Source of the DNA: Gekko japonicus
Taxonomy: Eukaryota
Reading direction: 5' to 3'
NCBI RefSeq assembly: GCF_001447785.1
Contig: NW_015172035.1
Span: 436,818 to 500,817 of the forward strand
Length of the DNA stretch: 64,000 bases
In this document: positions 36,969 to 48,705 of the stretch, one piece after another
How positions within the stretch are numbered: the stretch's first letter is position 1
How the letters are laid out: each line of letters begins with the position of its first letter
The notes under the pieces: model-generated
Told to the model about the DNA's origin: nothing
Database searches by the model: none
The model's input: only the letters and a program-made list of their open reading frames with translations
Translations under genes and position numbers: made by a program

Positions 36969-37433
36969 CAGGGCTTTTTTTGTAGAAAAAGCCCAGCAGG
37001 AACTCATTAGCATAATAGGCCACACCCAACAGCAGAAACTCATTAGCATATTAGGCCACACCCCTGACAGTACAGCTCATTAGCATAATAGGCCACACCC
37101 AACAGCAGAAACTCATTAGCATATTAGGCCACACCCCTGACAGTGCAGCTCATTAGCATAATAGGCCACACCCCATGTATTCCCTTGGCTTGCCTGGGCA
37201 AGCCCCTCCTTGAAGGGAAGGGAAGGCAGTTTAAATTGCCTTCCCTTGGCTTTCCCGGGCGCCCCCTGGGTGAGAGGGAGCCCGGGCATTGATTTCAGCA
37301 TGTAAAGCAACAATGAACCTACATCACATATTTTTATATACTGCCTTCCCTTGGCTTTGTTGTGGTGGGTGTGGCCAACTCTGAAGCCAGCCGGAACTTC
37401 GTCCCTGTGCGTTCCTGCCCCAAAATAGCCCTG
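36969..37433. mobile_element. hAT MITE with amplified subterminal repeats and a copy of its flank
   Basis: TIRs cagggcttttt / aaatagccctg; exact 8 bp TSD attacacc at 36961-36968 and 37434-37441; related to 5848-6188. Confidence 0.88.
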
Positions 37434-38235
37434 ATTACACCATGTTGGCTAGAGAGCAATCCTAGGCTGGTATATTCAGAATCCTACTTGCGATTTGTTC
37501 AGTGGGCCTTAGTCCCTGAGAAGTGTTCTTAGGATTTCACCATTAGTGTTGTGAACAGGATAGTTTTAAGAATAGACATTTAGGGCTTTGGCATGAAAGC
37601 CTGGAGTCAAATTTCTTATATGTGCTGCTGACTTGTTCACTGTTGATTGTTATTACAAATGCCAAACCTGGACATCTGTAATTTGGCTATATATTTTTTC
37701 AGCATTCAAAGTAACACGCACTTAAAAATACTTAGTCAAATATCTCTAAGGACCACACCTGATGCACATCCTGTGTCACAAGCTGTTTTCTGCAGACCCA
37801 GTCTCTGAGGCCCTGCAGTTGGGTCAAAGCTTTCTGTAGTCCCACCCCAATTGGCACCAGTAAATTGGATGCAGTGGCCCTTGATCTTGCAAAGACATGA
37901 GTGCCTGCTTAGTGCTACAGTATTTGCTGAGCCTCATTGGTTTCAATAAGGAAGCTGTTGTTGTGTGCAAAAGCAACATTGCAGATGTTACCATCTGGGC
38001 TTGCATGCAGGCTGCTTGGTGGGAGTTATTAAAACTACGCATGGAACAGTGTTAGAAATAGGGTTGCCAACTCTGGCTTGGGGAATTCCCAGAGACTTAA
38101 GGGGACAGTGCTTGGGGATAGCAGAAAGCTCAGCAGGGATGTGATACCATAGAGTCCACCCTCCAGAGCTGCCATTTCTTCCAAGAGAAATCAGTGGCAA
38201 TTCTGGGAGAACTCCAGGCCCCACCTGGACATCTT

Positions 38236-38400
38236 TTAGAGCTGTTCTCTCAGGAGCAGTTCTCAAAAGAGCTCTCTCAGCCCCAGCTGCCTCACAGGGT
38301 GTCTGTTGTGGGGAGGGGAAGGGAAAGGAGATTTGTATGCCGCTCTGAGACACCTTTGGGTAGTGAAGGGTGGGGTATAAATTTAATCTCCTCTTCTCTT
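38236..38400 (+). mobile_element. 5'-truncated Squam3 SINE
   Basis: Squam3 3' half and tail; abuts a truncated hAT MITE at 38059-38230. Confidence 0.8.
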
Positions 38401-38509
38401 CAGTGGGAACTGTACTGCCATAATGGAAGAAACCCTTGAGGATATGTTAGGGAATGGTGTCGTCAGGGAACTTTACCTGTGTTAAGTATGCAACTCAACA
38501 ACGAACTTA

Positions 38510-39861
38510 TGTGTGTCTCTAGCATGAATACCTATGCATTGTGTATTCAGGGATTGCTGTATGTTGTGTGTTGCTTTGTTCTGCATCTCATGCTTGCCTA
38601 GAAATAGGCTGGCCTGGGCCTGCCGTTGCACATACGGACCATGTGCGTCCCTGGAATGTATCCCATGACTCTTTGGGATGGAGAAGACACCGCGCCATTG
38701 CACCCACTTGGAGAGCTATGGAAAATCCCCAGCGAACCCCGGCATTCTTGGAATGGAAAGAGCAAGTGACCCTACTCCCTTAATCTGGTTTGGAGATCTA
38801 AAGACAATAGCGTTTATGGCTTTGGAGCAGGAACCAGATCTGCAAATCAAGAGGTGTCCATGGGAACGGAAGATTCACACCTTGCCAAAAGGCACCTTTG
38901 ATGTAGGAGTAGGATCTGCATATTGCCACCACCCCTCAGGAGAGCGTCATCCCCTCGTCACCCCCTCTTCATCCAGTAGTGATAGTTTAGAGGACGGGTT
39001 TGATAGTTTATGGCTGGATAGCACATGCCCCAAAAAGAGTTTATTTAAGGAGAAACTCTCCTTTGTCTCTCTGGTTAACCCACCCTCCCCATAGCAGTGC
39101 ACTAAGGTGCTACAAGTGACTCTACTACTTAAGTTCTCCGGGAGTCGCGACCCAGAGAGCTCACACGTGGTTTGGCTGGTCCTACCTGTGTGCCTTGGAG
39201 TTCACAAGCTGCTGCATTTCGGCTGCCCAGCGTTCCAAGGAGGAGAGTTCTTCCTCAGCTGGACCTCAGATGAGTATAGCCGTGCCCCATTGTGTCATCC
39301 CCATTTTGATGCTTTTGTTATTTTCTATGCTGTAATTGTTCTAATGTACTATTGTAACTAAGGAGCTTGTATGAATTTGTATGATTCCGATTTTGTATGC
39401 CTGATGAAAAACCTTTAGTAAAGACAACATTTATTTAAGGACTAGCGTGTTGTCTCACTTCCTGGGATATAGCCGAGCGTCTCATTCGCCATCCGACCTC
39501 TGTATAGACTGGTATAGAACTTACGCACAGCCACAAACACCCAATTTTCCTTGGTAGATAACTTGGATTGGGTCTCCAGGAATTTCCTGGAGAAGTTGGC
39601 ATAACAGATCTGGTGCCCCGTGTGAGGCGACCTTTGGACCCCTCGGAACCAGTACCCAACCATTTGGTTCCGAAGGACCCAAAACGTGGAGAAACGATCT
39701 GGTCGTTTGGACGCTCTAGCGTAGGGAAGTGTGAGAGGTTTCCGTCTGCGTGCTTGGCCTTTAGTGGCATCTGTACTGCGGGAGGGATTTCTACCCCTTT
39801 CCCTCTAAACCCAGGAGCATCCTCGGTTTCGCGCTCCGATCCTATCGTTGTGGTGCAAACA
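38510..39861 (+). mobile_element. ERV-like 5' LTR (to 39606) plus tRNA-Met PBS and leader
   Basis: LTR ends ..gcataaca at 39606; tggtgccccgtgtgagg (39611-39627) is complementary to the 3' end of vertebrate elongator tRNA-Met; TATA-like ~39040, AGTAAA ~39417. Confidence 0.75.
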
Positions 39862-40651
39862 TGAAGTTCACAGCAAACACAGAAACTGATTAGTTAGCCC
39901 AGACACCTTGTCTCCAGCTAAAATGGCTTATGCCGGAGTTCCCCTCTGCCAGACAACAATAGAGGATCCATTCCACAAGACTCGGGATGAGTCAACAACA
40001 CGAGGTCTCCAGCACGTACCTCCTGCCCCCGCCCAGGTTCCTCCCATCAGTTAATCAATAGATTGAATATTGACCCCATAGCCAATCCTTGACCTTCAGG
40101 GCAGGGCCATCTGGTAATCTGCTTGGGCCCACCCCTCGCCCCCTCGAAAGAGGGTTTAAAACATAGCGCACAGAGCAACCAAGAGAGCCTTCCCTTTTAC
40201 CAACGACCTCCCTACTTCTGCTGACCCTCTCTTGTCCAGCTCCCTGTACCAACTCCGTCACTCGCTTTGTCTTAGTCTGCAGCTAAGACCACTACACGTG
40301 TTATCAGTTGGTCTGTTACACGTGCTTCCACCATTTCCTCCCCTTCCTCCCCACCTCCCAACTGGAAGTTTTAGGAGCTGCACCTCGCCAAAGGTAAATA
40401 TAATTCCCTACCAACGACCACCTGCTAATGCAACCGTGCTGTCCCAAATCTTTCTATTTTACTTAGTTCTTGTATGCCTGTATGTTATTGTGTGTTTTGA
40501 ATGAATCTCCAGTAAACTAAAGTTAATTTTACTTCAGTCTCTGTTTCTTCGTTGAAGCGTATCGGCACAGCCCATCCTTCGTAGACATAGACCTGAATCC
40601 CGATTAATAAACTGTTCCAATTGTCTCTCCTAAAGAGCAATTCGGCTAACA
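39862..40651 (+). mobile_element. ERV-like solo LTR with non-matching flanks
   Basis: tgaag...ctaaca; tttaaaa ~40154, aaggtaaat ~40391, AGTAAA ~40511; flanks aaaca vs agagc; right side abuts Gypsy pol mid-ORF. Confidence 0.7.
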
Positions 40652-43600
40652 AGAGCTTCCAGGACACACTCTCGCAGATTGGGAGGCACCACCACCCGGT
40701 TCCCCCATAACAAGCAGCCTTTTGTCACTGAAAGTTCAGTTTGCCTTGTATGGTACGGCTTAAACTCCTGGTCCACTCTACCTGCCGGCCACCCCCTCCA
40801 AACCCAGTTAAGGACACTGGAGAGGGTAGAGTCCTTAGCTGACGCAGCAGCAATGTCTGAAAAGTGGACCGGAGGTTGAGGCAGTTCGTCAATTGCCAGC
40901 ACTTCAAATGCTGGCACCGGATCGATGTCCATTTGTGGCAGACGGCAGCATCTAAGAGCGTCTGCATGTCCAATTGCCTTGCCAGGACGGTGCTCGAGGT
41001 CAAAGTCATAGGATGCCAGAAAAACAGCCCACCAGAATATGTGGGCTGAAATAACTGTCGACGTTTGGCAGACTGGCCCAGCAGCGGTTTGTGGTCCGTG
41101 ACAAGGAGGAACCGGCAGCCATAAACAAAGTCATGGAATTTTTAAATTCCCGCCACCAAAGCCAGGCCCTCCTTGTCGATCCGGGCATAGTTCTCTGCAG
41201 CTGTTAAAGACCGCGAGTAGTAGGCGATTGGAGCCTCTCGCCCATCCGCCATGACGTGTCTCAAAACTGCGCCAACCCCGCACGGGGAACTGTTGGCCGC
41301 CAAAACCAACAGTTTGTCCTCATCAAAATGCGTTAATACAGTATTTGAGGACAACAGCTCTTTTACAGCACAGAATGCCTTTTCTTGTCTTGGCCCCCAT
41401 GTCCATTCCACCCCTTTGTGCAGCAGGGCATGCAATGGTTCGGCTATGGAGGCTTTGTGAGGCAAAAACGAGTGATAGAAATTCACAATGCCTAGGAATG
41501 ACTGCAGCTCTTTTTTGGAAGTAGGCCGGGGGGCGTTTTGGATAGCCGAGAACTTATCCGCCGTGGGGTGCACACCCTGTTCATCAATCAGGTCAGGAAA
41601 TGAAGAAATTCAACCTCAGATACCCCGATACGACACTTTGACTTTTTTACTCTGAGGCCTGCCTCTTTAAAACACTCCAGTACAGACCTGAGGCGATTAA
41701 GTAACTCTGACTCATTTGACCCTGCAATGAGCACATCATCGAAGTGCAGGACGACACCTGGCAACCCTCGTAGGAGACCTTCCATAAGACCCTGGAATAT
41801 ACCAGGGGCGACATTTACCCCAAACTGTAAACGTTTTACTCGGAATGCACCCCTATGAGTAACAATCGTTTGGGCTTCAGCAGCTTGAGCGTCCACAGGC
41901 AACTGCTGATAAACCTGTGCTAGATCCAGTTTCACGAATACCTTCCTCCCCCAAGGGAAGCCAACAGGTGACTGATTACAGGTACCAGGTAAGAATGTTA
42001 TTGCAGAGCCTTATTGATCGTACACTTGTAATCAGCACATATACGTACAGTTCCATCAGATTTTACAGGATTTACAATCGGGGTCTCCCATTTACCGTAT
42101 GGCACAGGTTCAAGAATACCTTGGATTATGAGTTTATCCAGTTCCGCCTCTATTTTAGCCTTCATGGCTATTGGAACCTTCCTATACCTTAGGCAGATAG
42201 GCAACACAGAGGAATCCAGGTCGAACCTCACAGGCAGACCTGTATACTGACCCAGACCTTCCCCCCAAACCTCTAGGAACTCGTCATAAATGCAATTCCC
42301 TTTATTTGCACACACCTTGTTAACACCGGTTACAGCAATACCCAGAGGTTGGAAGCAATCCAAGCCCAGCAAACTGGCCCAGTTACCCTCAGCAACCAAG
42401 AGGGACAACTGTACCTTCATTTGGGGAACCTTGAACTCCACCTCAAAACTGGCCTGGCCAGCTAATGGAATGTGCTGACCCTGGAAATCGGAGAGGTGCG
42501 CCGTGGACGGGGTCAAGCGTTGGCGGCTCCATCGTGGGAACAAACGTTGCCAAGTCTGCAATGAAATGATGGTCAGCGCGGAACCAGAGTTGACCTCCAT
42601 GTCGCAGGGGACTCCGTCTAGGCAAACGGTGACCAGGATCTTTTTGTTGATGCTTGCTCCAGTGTTCAGGACGGTAGCAGTACAGCTGCAGGAGTCAGTC
42701 TGGTGGCAGTCGGTGGACCGTGTGCCCTCTGTGCCTTAAACCTTAGGCCTTGCAGTAGGAGATGACGGTGGTGATTTCTTCTTGGCCCGGCAGACCCCGG
42801 CCAGATAACCTCGCTTCCCACAGGCACAACAGACGAAATCTCACGACAAACAGAGGTCTCGCTCATGACTGCCGCAGCAGCCAGTGCAAGTGTGCCATGG
42901 TGCAGGTTTCAGTAGGGTCTGCTTCTGATGTGTCGCTTGTGTGTGATGGATGTCCTCTGTCTCTCCCGCAAAACTGCTGGTCGATTGGTGGTGTACAGCC
43001 TGGTCCTTCCCAGCCTGGACATGGTGCTGATGGACCTCTCACATCAAACTCTTGGCCGCTTTGGCGGTGACAGCCTCCATGTAAGCCACTTCGTAGGTGA
43101 TCGCAGTTTTTGCGAACAGTCGTTGTTGAAGCCTCTCATCATGAAGGCCGCATAAGAGACGGTTGAGTAATGCTTCTTCAAGGTTGGCGAAGTTGCAGGG
43201 CCGGGCTGCCTTCTGAAGGGCGGTCACGTACTCAGCGATGGACTCTGTTGGAGCTGATTACAGGTACCGGGTAAGAATGTTATTGCAAAGCCTTATTTAT
43301 CGTACACTTGTAATCAGCACATATACGTACAGTTCCATCAGATTTTACAGGATTTACAATCGGGGTCTCCCATTTACCGTATGGCACAGGTTCAAGAATA
43401 CCTTGGATTATGAGTTTATCCAGTTCCGCCTCTATTTTAGCCTTCATGGCTATTGGAACCTTCCTATACCTTAGGCAGATAGGCAACACAGAGGAATCCA
43501 GGTCGAACCTCACAGGCAGACCTGTATACTGACCCAGACCTTCCCCCCAAACCTCTAGGAACTCGTCATAAATGCAATTCCCTTTATTTGCACACACCTT

Positions 43601-44840
43601 GTTAACACCGGTTACAGCAATACCCAGAGGTTGGAAGCAATCCAAGCCCAGCAAACTGGCCCAGTTACCCTCAGCAACCAAGAGGGACAACTGTACCTTG
43701 CGACCCTTGAACTCCACCTCAAAACTGGCCTGGCCAGCTAATGGAATGTGCCGACCCTGGAAATCGGAGAGGTGCGCCGTGGACAGGGTCAAGCGTTGGC
43801 GGCTCCGTCGTGGGAACAAATGTTGCCAAGTCTGCAATGAAATGATGGTCAGCGCGGAACCAGAGTTGACCTCCATGTCACAGAGGACTCTGTCTAGGTG
43901 AACAGTGACCAGGATCTTTTTGTTGATGCTTGTTCCAGTGTTCAGGACGGTAGTGGTACAGCTGCAGGAGTCGGTCTGGTGGCAGTCGGCAGACTGTGTG
44001 CCCTCTGTGCCTTAAACCTTAGGCCTTGCAGTAGGAGATGACGGTGGTGATTCTTGGCCCGGCAGACCCTGGCCAGATGACCTCGCTTCCCGCAGGCATG
44101 ACAGACGAAATCTTGCGCCAAACAGAGGTCTCACTCATGACTGCCGCAGCAGCCAGCGCAAGTGTGCCATGGAGCAGGTTTCAGTAGGGACCGCTTCTGA
44201 CGTGTTGCTTGTGTGCATGGATGTCCTCTGTCTCTCCCTCAGAACTGCTGGTCAATTGGTGGTGTACAGCCTGGTCCTTCCCAGCCTGGACATGGTGCTG
44301 ACGGACCTCTCGCGTCAACCTCTCGGCCACTTCGGTGGTGACAGCCTCCACGTAAGCCACTTTGTAGGTGATCGCAGTTTTTGCGAACAGTCATTGTTGA
44401 AGCCTCTCATCATGAAGGCTGCATACAAGATGGTTGAGTAATGCTTCTTCAAGGTTGGCGAAGTTGCAGGGCTGGGCTGCCTTCCGCAGGGCAGTCACAT
44501 ACTCAGCGATGGACTCGGTTGGGCCCTGGCTTCGCTTGTAGAATGTTTGTCGACAAGCTATTTGGGATGGCTGTGGCGAGAAGTGAGCCTTCAGCTTGTC
44601 TGTGATGACCTTCAAGGTCGCCATCTGGATGCTGGTCAGTGCAACCAGGGACCGGCCGACGTCGAAGATAGTTTTGCCACATGAGCTGAGCAGCGTTGCC
44701 TTCTTCCGTGCCTCATCTATGATCTGGTTGCCTTGCAAATGGAACTCAAACCTGGACAGGTACAAGTCCCAGTCTTCCATTTCTGGTTCGAATGCCTCGA
44801 ATGCCGGGTTGACGGCCATCTCAGTGGTTGGTGCAGCCAC
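40652..44840 (-). pseudogene. Gypsy A gag-protease-RT-RNase H remnant; integrase core missing
   Basis: Gag FEAFEPEMEDWDLYLSRFEFHL; protease MEVNSGSALTII; RT KLDLAQVYQQL, RLQFGVNVAPGIFQ, HFDDVLI; RNase H LAANSSPCGVGAVL; stops at GCLLWGNRVVVP..VLEAL. Confidence 0.9.
41972..44522. repeat. ~1.28 kb tandem duplication inside Gypsy A (41972-43253, 43254-44522)
   Basis: Near-identical ORFs 41998-42600 and 43280-43876; both units begin ctgattacaggtacc. Confidence 0.93.
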
Positions 44841-46239
44841 AACGACTAGTGGTGACTCAGCTGGCTCGGCCGGGTGTGTGTCTCCATTCTCGCATCGGTT
44901 CAGTGGGGCTGCCTACCCGCTCTTGGATCCCATCCTTGTCGCCAGTTGTTAAGTATGCAACTCAACAATGAAGTAAGTAACAAAGTGAATCAGCTTTTAT
45001 TGAGAACGAGAACTTCCAAAGATCACACAGCATCAGATGACACAACAACAATAGTGGAGCATAGCTCCTTTTAAACTCTCCTGGGCTGGGGTAGCCACGC
45101 CCTCACACAGTTAACATCCAATCGCATTATATGGATAACGACCAATCATTTGTCTTCCCCCCAGCACAGACTCTTACATTTCATTGGTTGCTGTACATGC
45201 TTCAGCCAATGGTGTTGTCCCAGATTAGAATCCAGCTGAGGTTTCAAGCTTAACATTACAAGTTAATGGCAAGACACAACAACCTGAGCTTAAGGTATCC
45301 AAGGAGCTGCAGATTCAATTCCCTTCCTACTAAGGGGATGTCAAGAGCAGGCATTGGAACCTGACTCAGCATGCCTGTCAGGTGATGCTTATACTAGGAG
45401 GCTGTGCCTAAGCAGGCTATAAAAACAGGAAGAGGAAACAGCAGTTGTCGGGCTTCACTGGGGCTGCTGGATTTGACGTTGCTGGAAGCTGTGGTTCCTA
45501 GGAAGCCCCTAGCAACTGAAGGGATGTGAGGATCTTTACATTGCTGTTTTGTGTTCTGCAATTAAAGTATGTCTGTACCACAGTGCCTTGCCTCGCTGAG
45601 CATTCTTTGTCTGCCCAAATCCTCCAGAAAGAACCTTTTCCTCAGGCAAGAAAATGGCCTCTGGCACAACAGTAACCCTAGCTAGAAGACATGGATGGCA
45701 ATGTGTCAAGTGAGGCGGTGCATTTGGGAAGGGCTTTGTCACTTTTAAATTAAGTGGAAAAAAAGACCACAATCCCAGGCATCCCATTTACAAATGGACA
45801 GCTCGCTTTTCATGATATGTCAGAGTTGGCCAGCTTCACAGAATCGATTCCCACTGAACTTATTCTGAGTAAGCATACTTTTGTTTGGGTTGTAAGAAGT
45901 AAGTCTTACTGATTTTGTCTGAAAATGTCAGATCTGTTCCCGTCCCCTAGACAAAGATTCTTACGTGCAGGAATTATAACAAACATATTTGGAATTACAA
46001 TACTTACCTATATAATAAAGAAATGAATCAACAAAGCCAGAACAATACCAAGGTATAACTTGTTACATGACAGATGCAAACAAAAGACAGAACACCATTG
46101 GTGGTCACATACACCTCTTAGCTCAAACTGGTTCAACACATAATTTAAAATCTATGACATATGATGGACAATGATACTTCTCTCACACAGTATTGGGAGG
46201 CCCACAGAGAGCCTCCTAACCTTAAATGACTTCTCATCC

Positions 46240-47241
46240 ACAACAATGCCCTTCCTGACATGGACTCTAGGACCAGGGCTTGCAACAATCCATGATGCCA
46301 ACTCTGTCACCGTATCTGACAACACAATCACCGGACCTAATGGCACCAGCCATACCATCTCAGGCTCATTCACTTGCTCATCTTCCAACAATATGTATGT
46401 TATCAAATGCCAGCTTTGCCTTTCTACTCTCTTCATCAGACAAGTAGGTTAGTCCCTATGTAAAAGAATAAATGGACATACGTCTGACATAAAAACCTAC
46501 AACACTCAAAAACCAGTGGGGGAACATTTTAATCTTCCAAGTCATTCCACTGTTGACCAAAGAGTCCTCAAACAGAGAAGCTTCAAGGGGAGATCCCAAT
46601 GTGAGATTGCTGAACTTGAGTTCATTCATAAGTTCAGAACAATGGACCCCCAGGACTGAACAGGAACATAAGATTCTTATCTCACTACCTATGCTAATTT
46701 TCTGCCCCCAAGCATTCTTCCTCTGCTGTAATCAAGCTGATTACAGTGTGCATGGTAGCTCTACATCCTGAGTTTCCTCTTTGCAACACTCCTTGCACCT
46801 TTTGATTGGGATATAAGGACTCACGGGTCTCCATTTTGACTCTTATCTGATGAAGGGAGCTTTGATTCTTGAATGATCCTACCCTGAAAATCTCGTTGGT
46901 CTCTAAGGTGCTTTGTTGTGGTTGTTGTTCAGTCGCACAGTCGAGTCCAACTCTTCGCGACCTCATGGACCAGATCACGCCAGGCCCTCCTGTCTTCCGC
47001 TATCCTCTGAAGTTTGCTCAATTTCATGTTCGTTGCATCTATGACACTGTCTAACCATCTCATCCTTTGCCGTCCCCGTCTTCTTTGACCTTCAATCTTT
47101 CCCAGCATCAGGGTCTTCTCCAGTGAGTGCTCCCTTCTCATTTGGTGGCCAAAGTATTTGAGCTTCAGTTTCATTATCTGGCCTTCCAGGGAACAGTCAG
47201 GGTTGATTTCTATAAGGTACTACTGGACTCAAATCTAGCTG
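46240..47241 (+). mobile_element. Penelope-like element 3' fragment (GIY-YIG endonuclease plus terminal repeat)
   Basis: ISGSFTCSSSNNMYVIKCQLC..IRQVG..KRINGH..KPVGEHFNLP; decayed ctgatga core ~46847; interrupted by BovB. Confidence 0.85.
46913..47208 (-). mobile_element. RTE-BovB 3' fragment
   Basis: ORF 46929-47174 KLKYFGHQMRREHSLEKTLMLGKIEG; (aac)n tail; TSD tctctaaggtgct / tctataaggtact. Confidence 0.9.
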
Positions 47242-48214
47242 ATCCACCCCAAGAAATCTTCTCCCTAGGAAACTATACACTGAGAAATGGTGCTAATTTT
47301 TAATGATGTTCTAGAGCCAATATTTTTTTAAGTGTGATTACAGCAGCTGTTACAGCACTTCCCAGAGGTACATGTAAGATGGTTGATTATAAAATATTAT
47401 TGCAAGGAGCATCTACACACCACAGAATTTGCACTGCTGTTCTGTTCCAACAGAAATAAATCATAACAAATTAGTTCCTGGACAAACTAGGAGTGTAATG
47501 AAAAAGAATGGGAGAACAACAGATTGTTGTAGCTGTTGTCAGGAACGACTGTTATGATTCTATGATTCTGTTAGTAAGTGATGGCAACTGAGGGGGAACT
47601 ACCCCATTTTCAATCTCAGCTCCTTTTTTTTTTGCATTACTATATTCCAGAACCAATCCTATATAGGCTTACTGAAAAGTAAGTCTCACAAAGATCAGAT
47701 CAGTATGGATGGGTTTGCAATACAAGGAGCCCCTTTTGCGGGCACAGTGCCTATTCATTCATGTGTGTAATTACTGTTGAGGAAGTAGCTTACCTGGCCG
47801 GCATCCCTGCCTTTTTGGCTGGCACAATTTCTTCCAGCTGATTTGGAAACAGCTGCAGTCACATGCCCTGGCTTTAAAAATGCTAAACATTCCTGTCTGA
47901 GGAATGAAAGGCACTGTGATAATAAAAATGTACTGATTTATAATGACTAAATGCAAAGGCATGTCTGGTGAGAAGGGCACCAATAATAAACAGACATTTC
48001 TGAGTGCTTAACTAGGACTTAGAATATGCAAAGGACCCAAACAAAACACTTCTCTGTTTCCATGTTTGTCTCGAGGCCTCACTCACGTTTGAAAGCTTGA
48101 TCTGAACCTGCAGTTGGCTGTTGACTCCCACTGCTGCAACAGTGCTGTAGATCTGCTATAAAGCATGCTGCTAGAAAATTCATTAAGACACTACAGTAGG
48201 GTAATGTACCACTG

Positions 48215-48355
48215 GGCTGTGGTCACACACACTAAATAATCCACTTTCAATCCACTTTCAGTGCACTTTCCAACTGGATTTTGCCAGTTCACACAGTAAA
48301 AATCCAGTTGGAAAGTGCACTGAAAGTGGATTACTTAGTATGTGTGACCATAGCC
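48215..48355. mobile_element. Palindromic Harbinger-like MITE
   Basis: ggctgtggtcacaca ... tgtgtgaccatagcc; almost the whole element folds back. Confidence 0.75.
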
Positions 48356-48398
48356 TTGAAGAGTGTTGTAGTGCAATTCTAACCAGACTCCACTTTCG

Positions 48399-48705
48399 CA
48401 ACAGAGCAATCATAAGCAAAGTCAGACTCTTCTTCATTGACTTTAATGAACTTAGAAGACTGTAACTCACTTCAGCACTGTCATTTTTGTCATTCATTTG
48501 TCATTGTTTCAGGGTCCCCCCCCCCATGTGTTTTGTTCTCTCTAGTAGTCCTAGAGGGAGCAAAACACATGTGGAAAAGGGGGGGAACCCAAAATAATAG
48601 GGACACATGAGTGACAAAAATGACAGTGCTGAAGTGAGTTACAATCTTCTAAGTTCATTAAAGTCAATGAAGAAGAGTCTGACTTTGCTTACGATTGCTC
48701 TGTTG
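48399..48705. repeat. ~307 bp palindrome
   Basis: Outer arms of ~100 bp nearly perfect reverse complements; central hairpin atgtgttttg..ctag tagtc ctag..caaaacacat. Confidence 0.92.

Larger units (their letters stand above)
38480..45281 (-). mobile_element. Gypsy LTR retrotransposon A (Mag/K02A2.6-like), rearranged
   Basis: 5' LTR 44947-45281; only ~30 bp of 3' LTR (38480-38509); 5 bp TSD acctg at 38475-38479 and 45282-45286; PBS matching tRNA-Ser(GCT) 3' end at 44927-44944. Confidence 0.92.
38445..45626 (+). mobile_element. Solo LTR (38445-38479 plus 45282-45626) split by the Gypsy insertion
   Basis: Starts tgttag; ctataaaa ~45417; attaaa ~45561; halves join at the acctg TSD; right end approximate. 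Confidence 0.55.
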
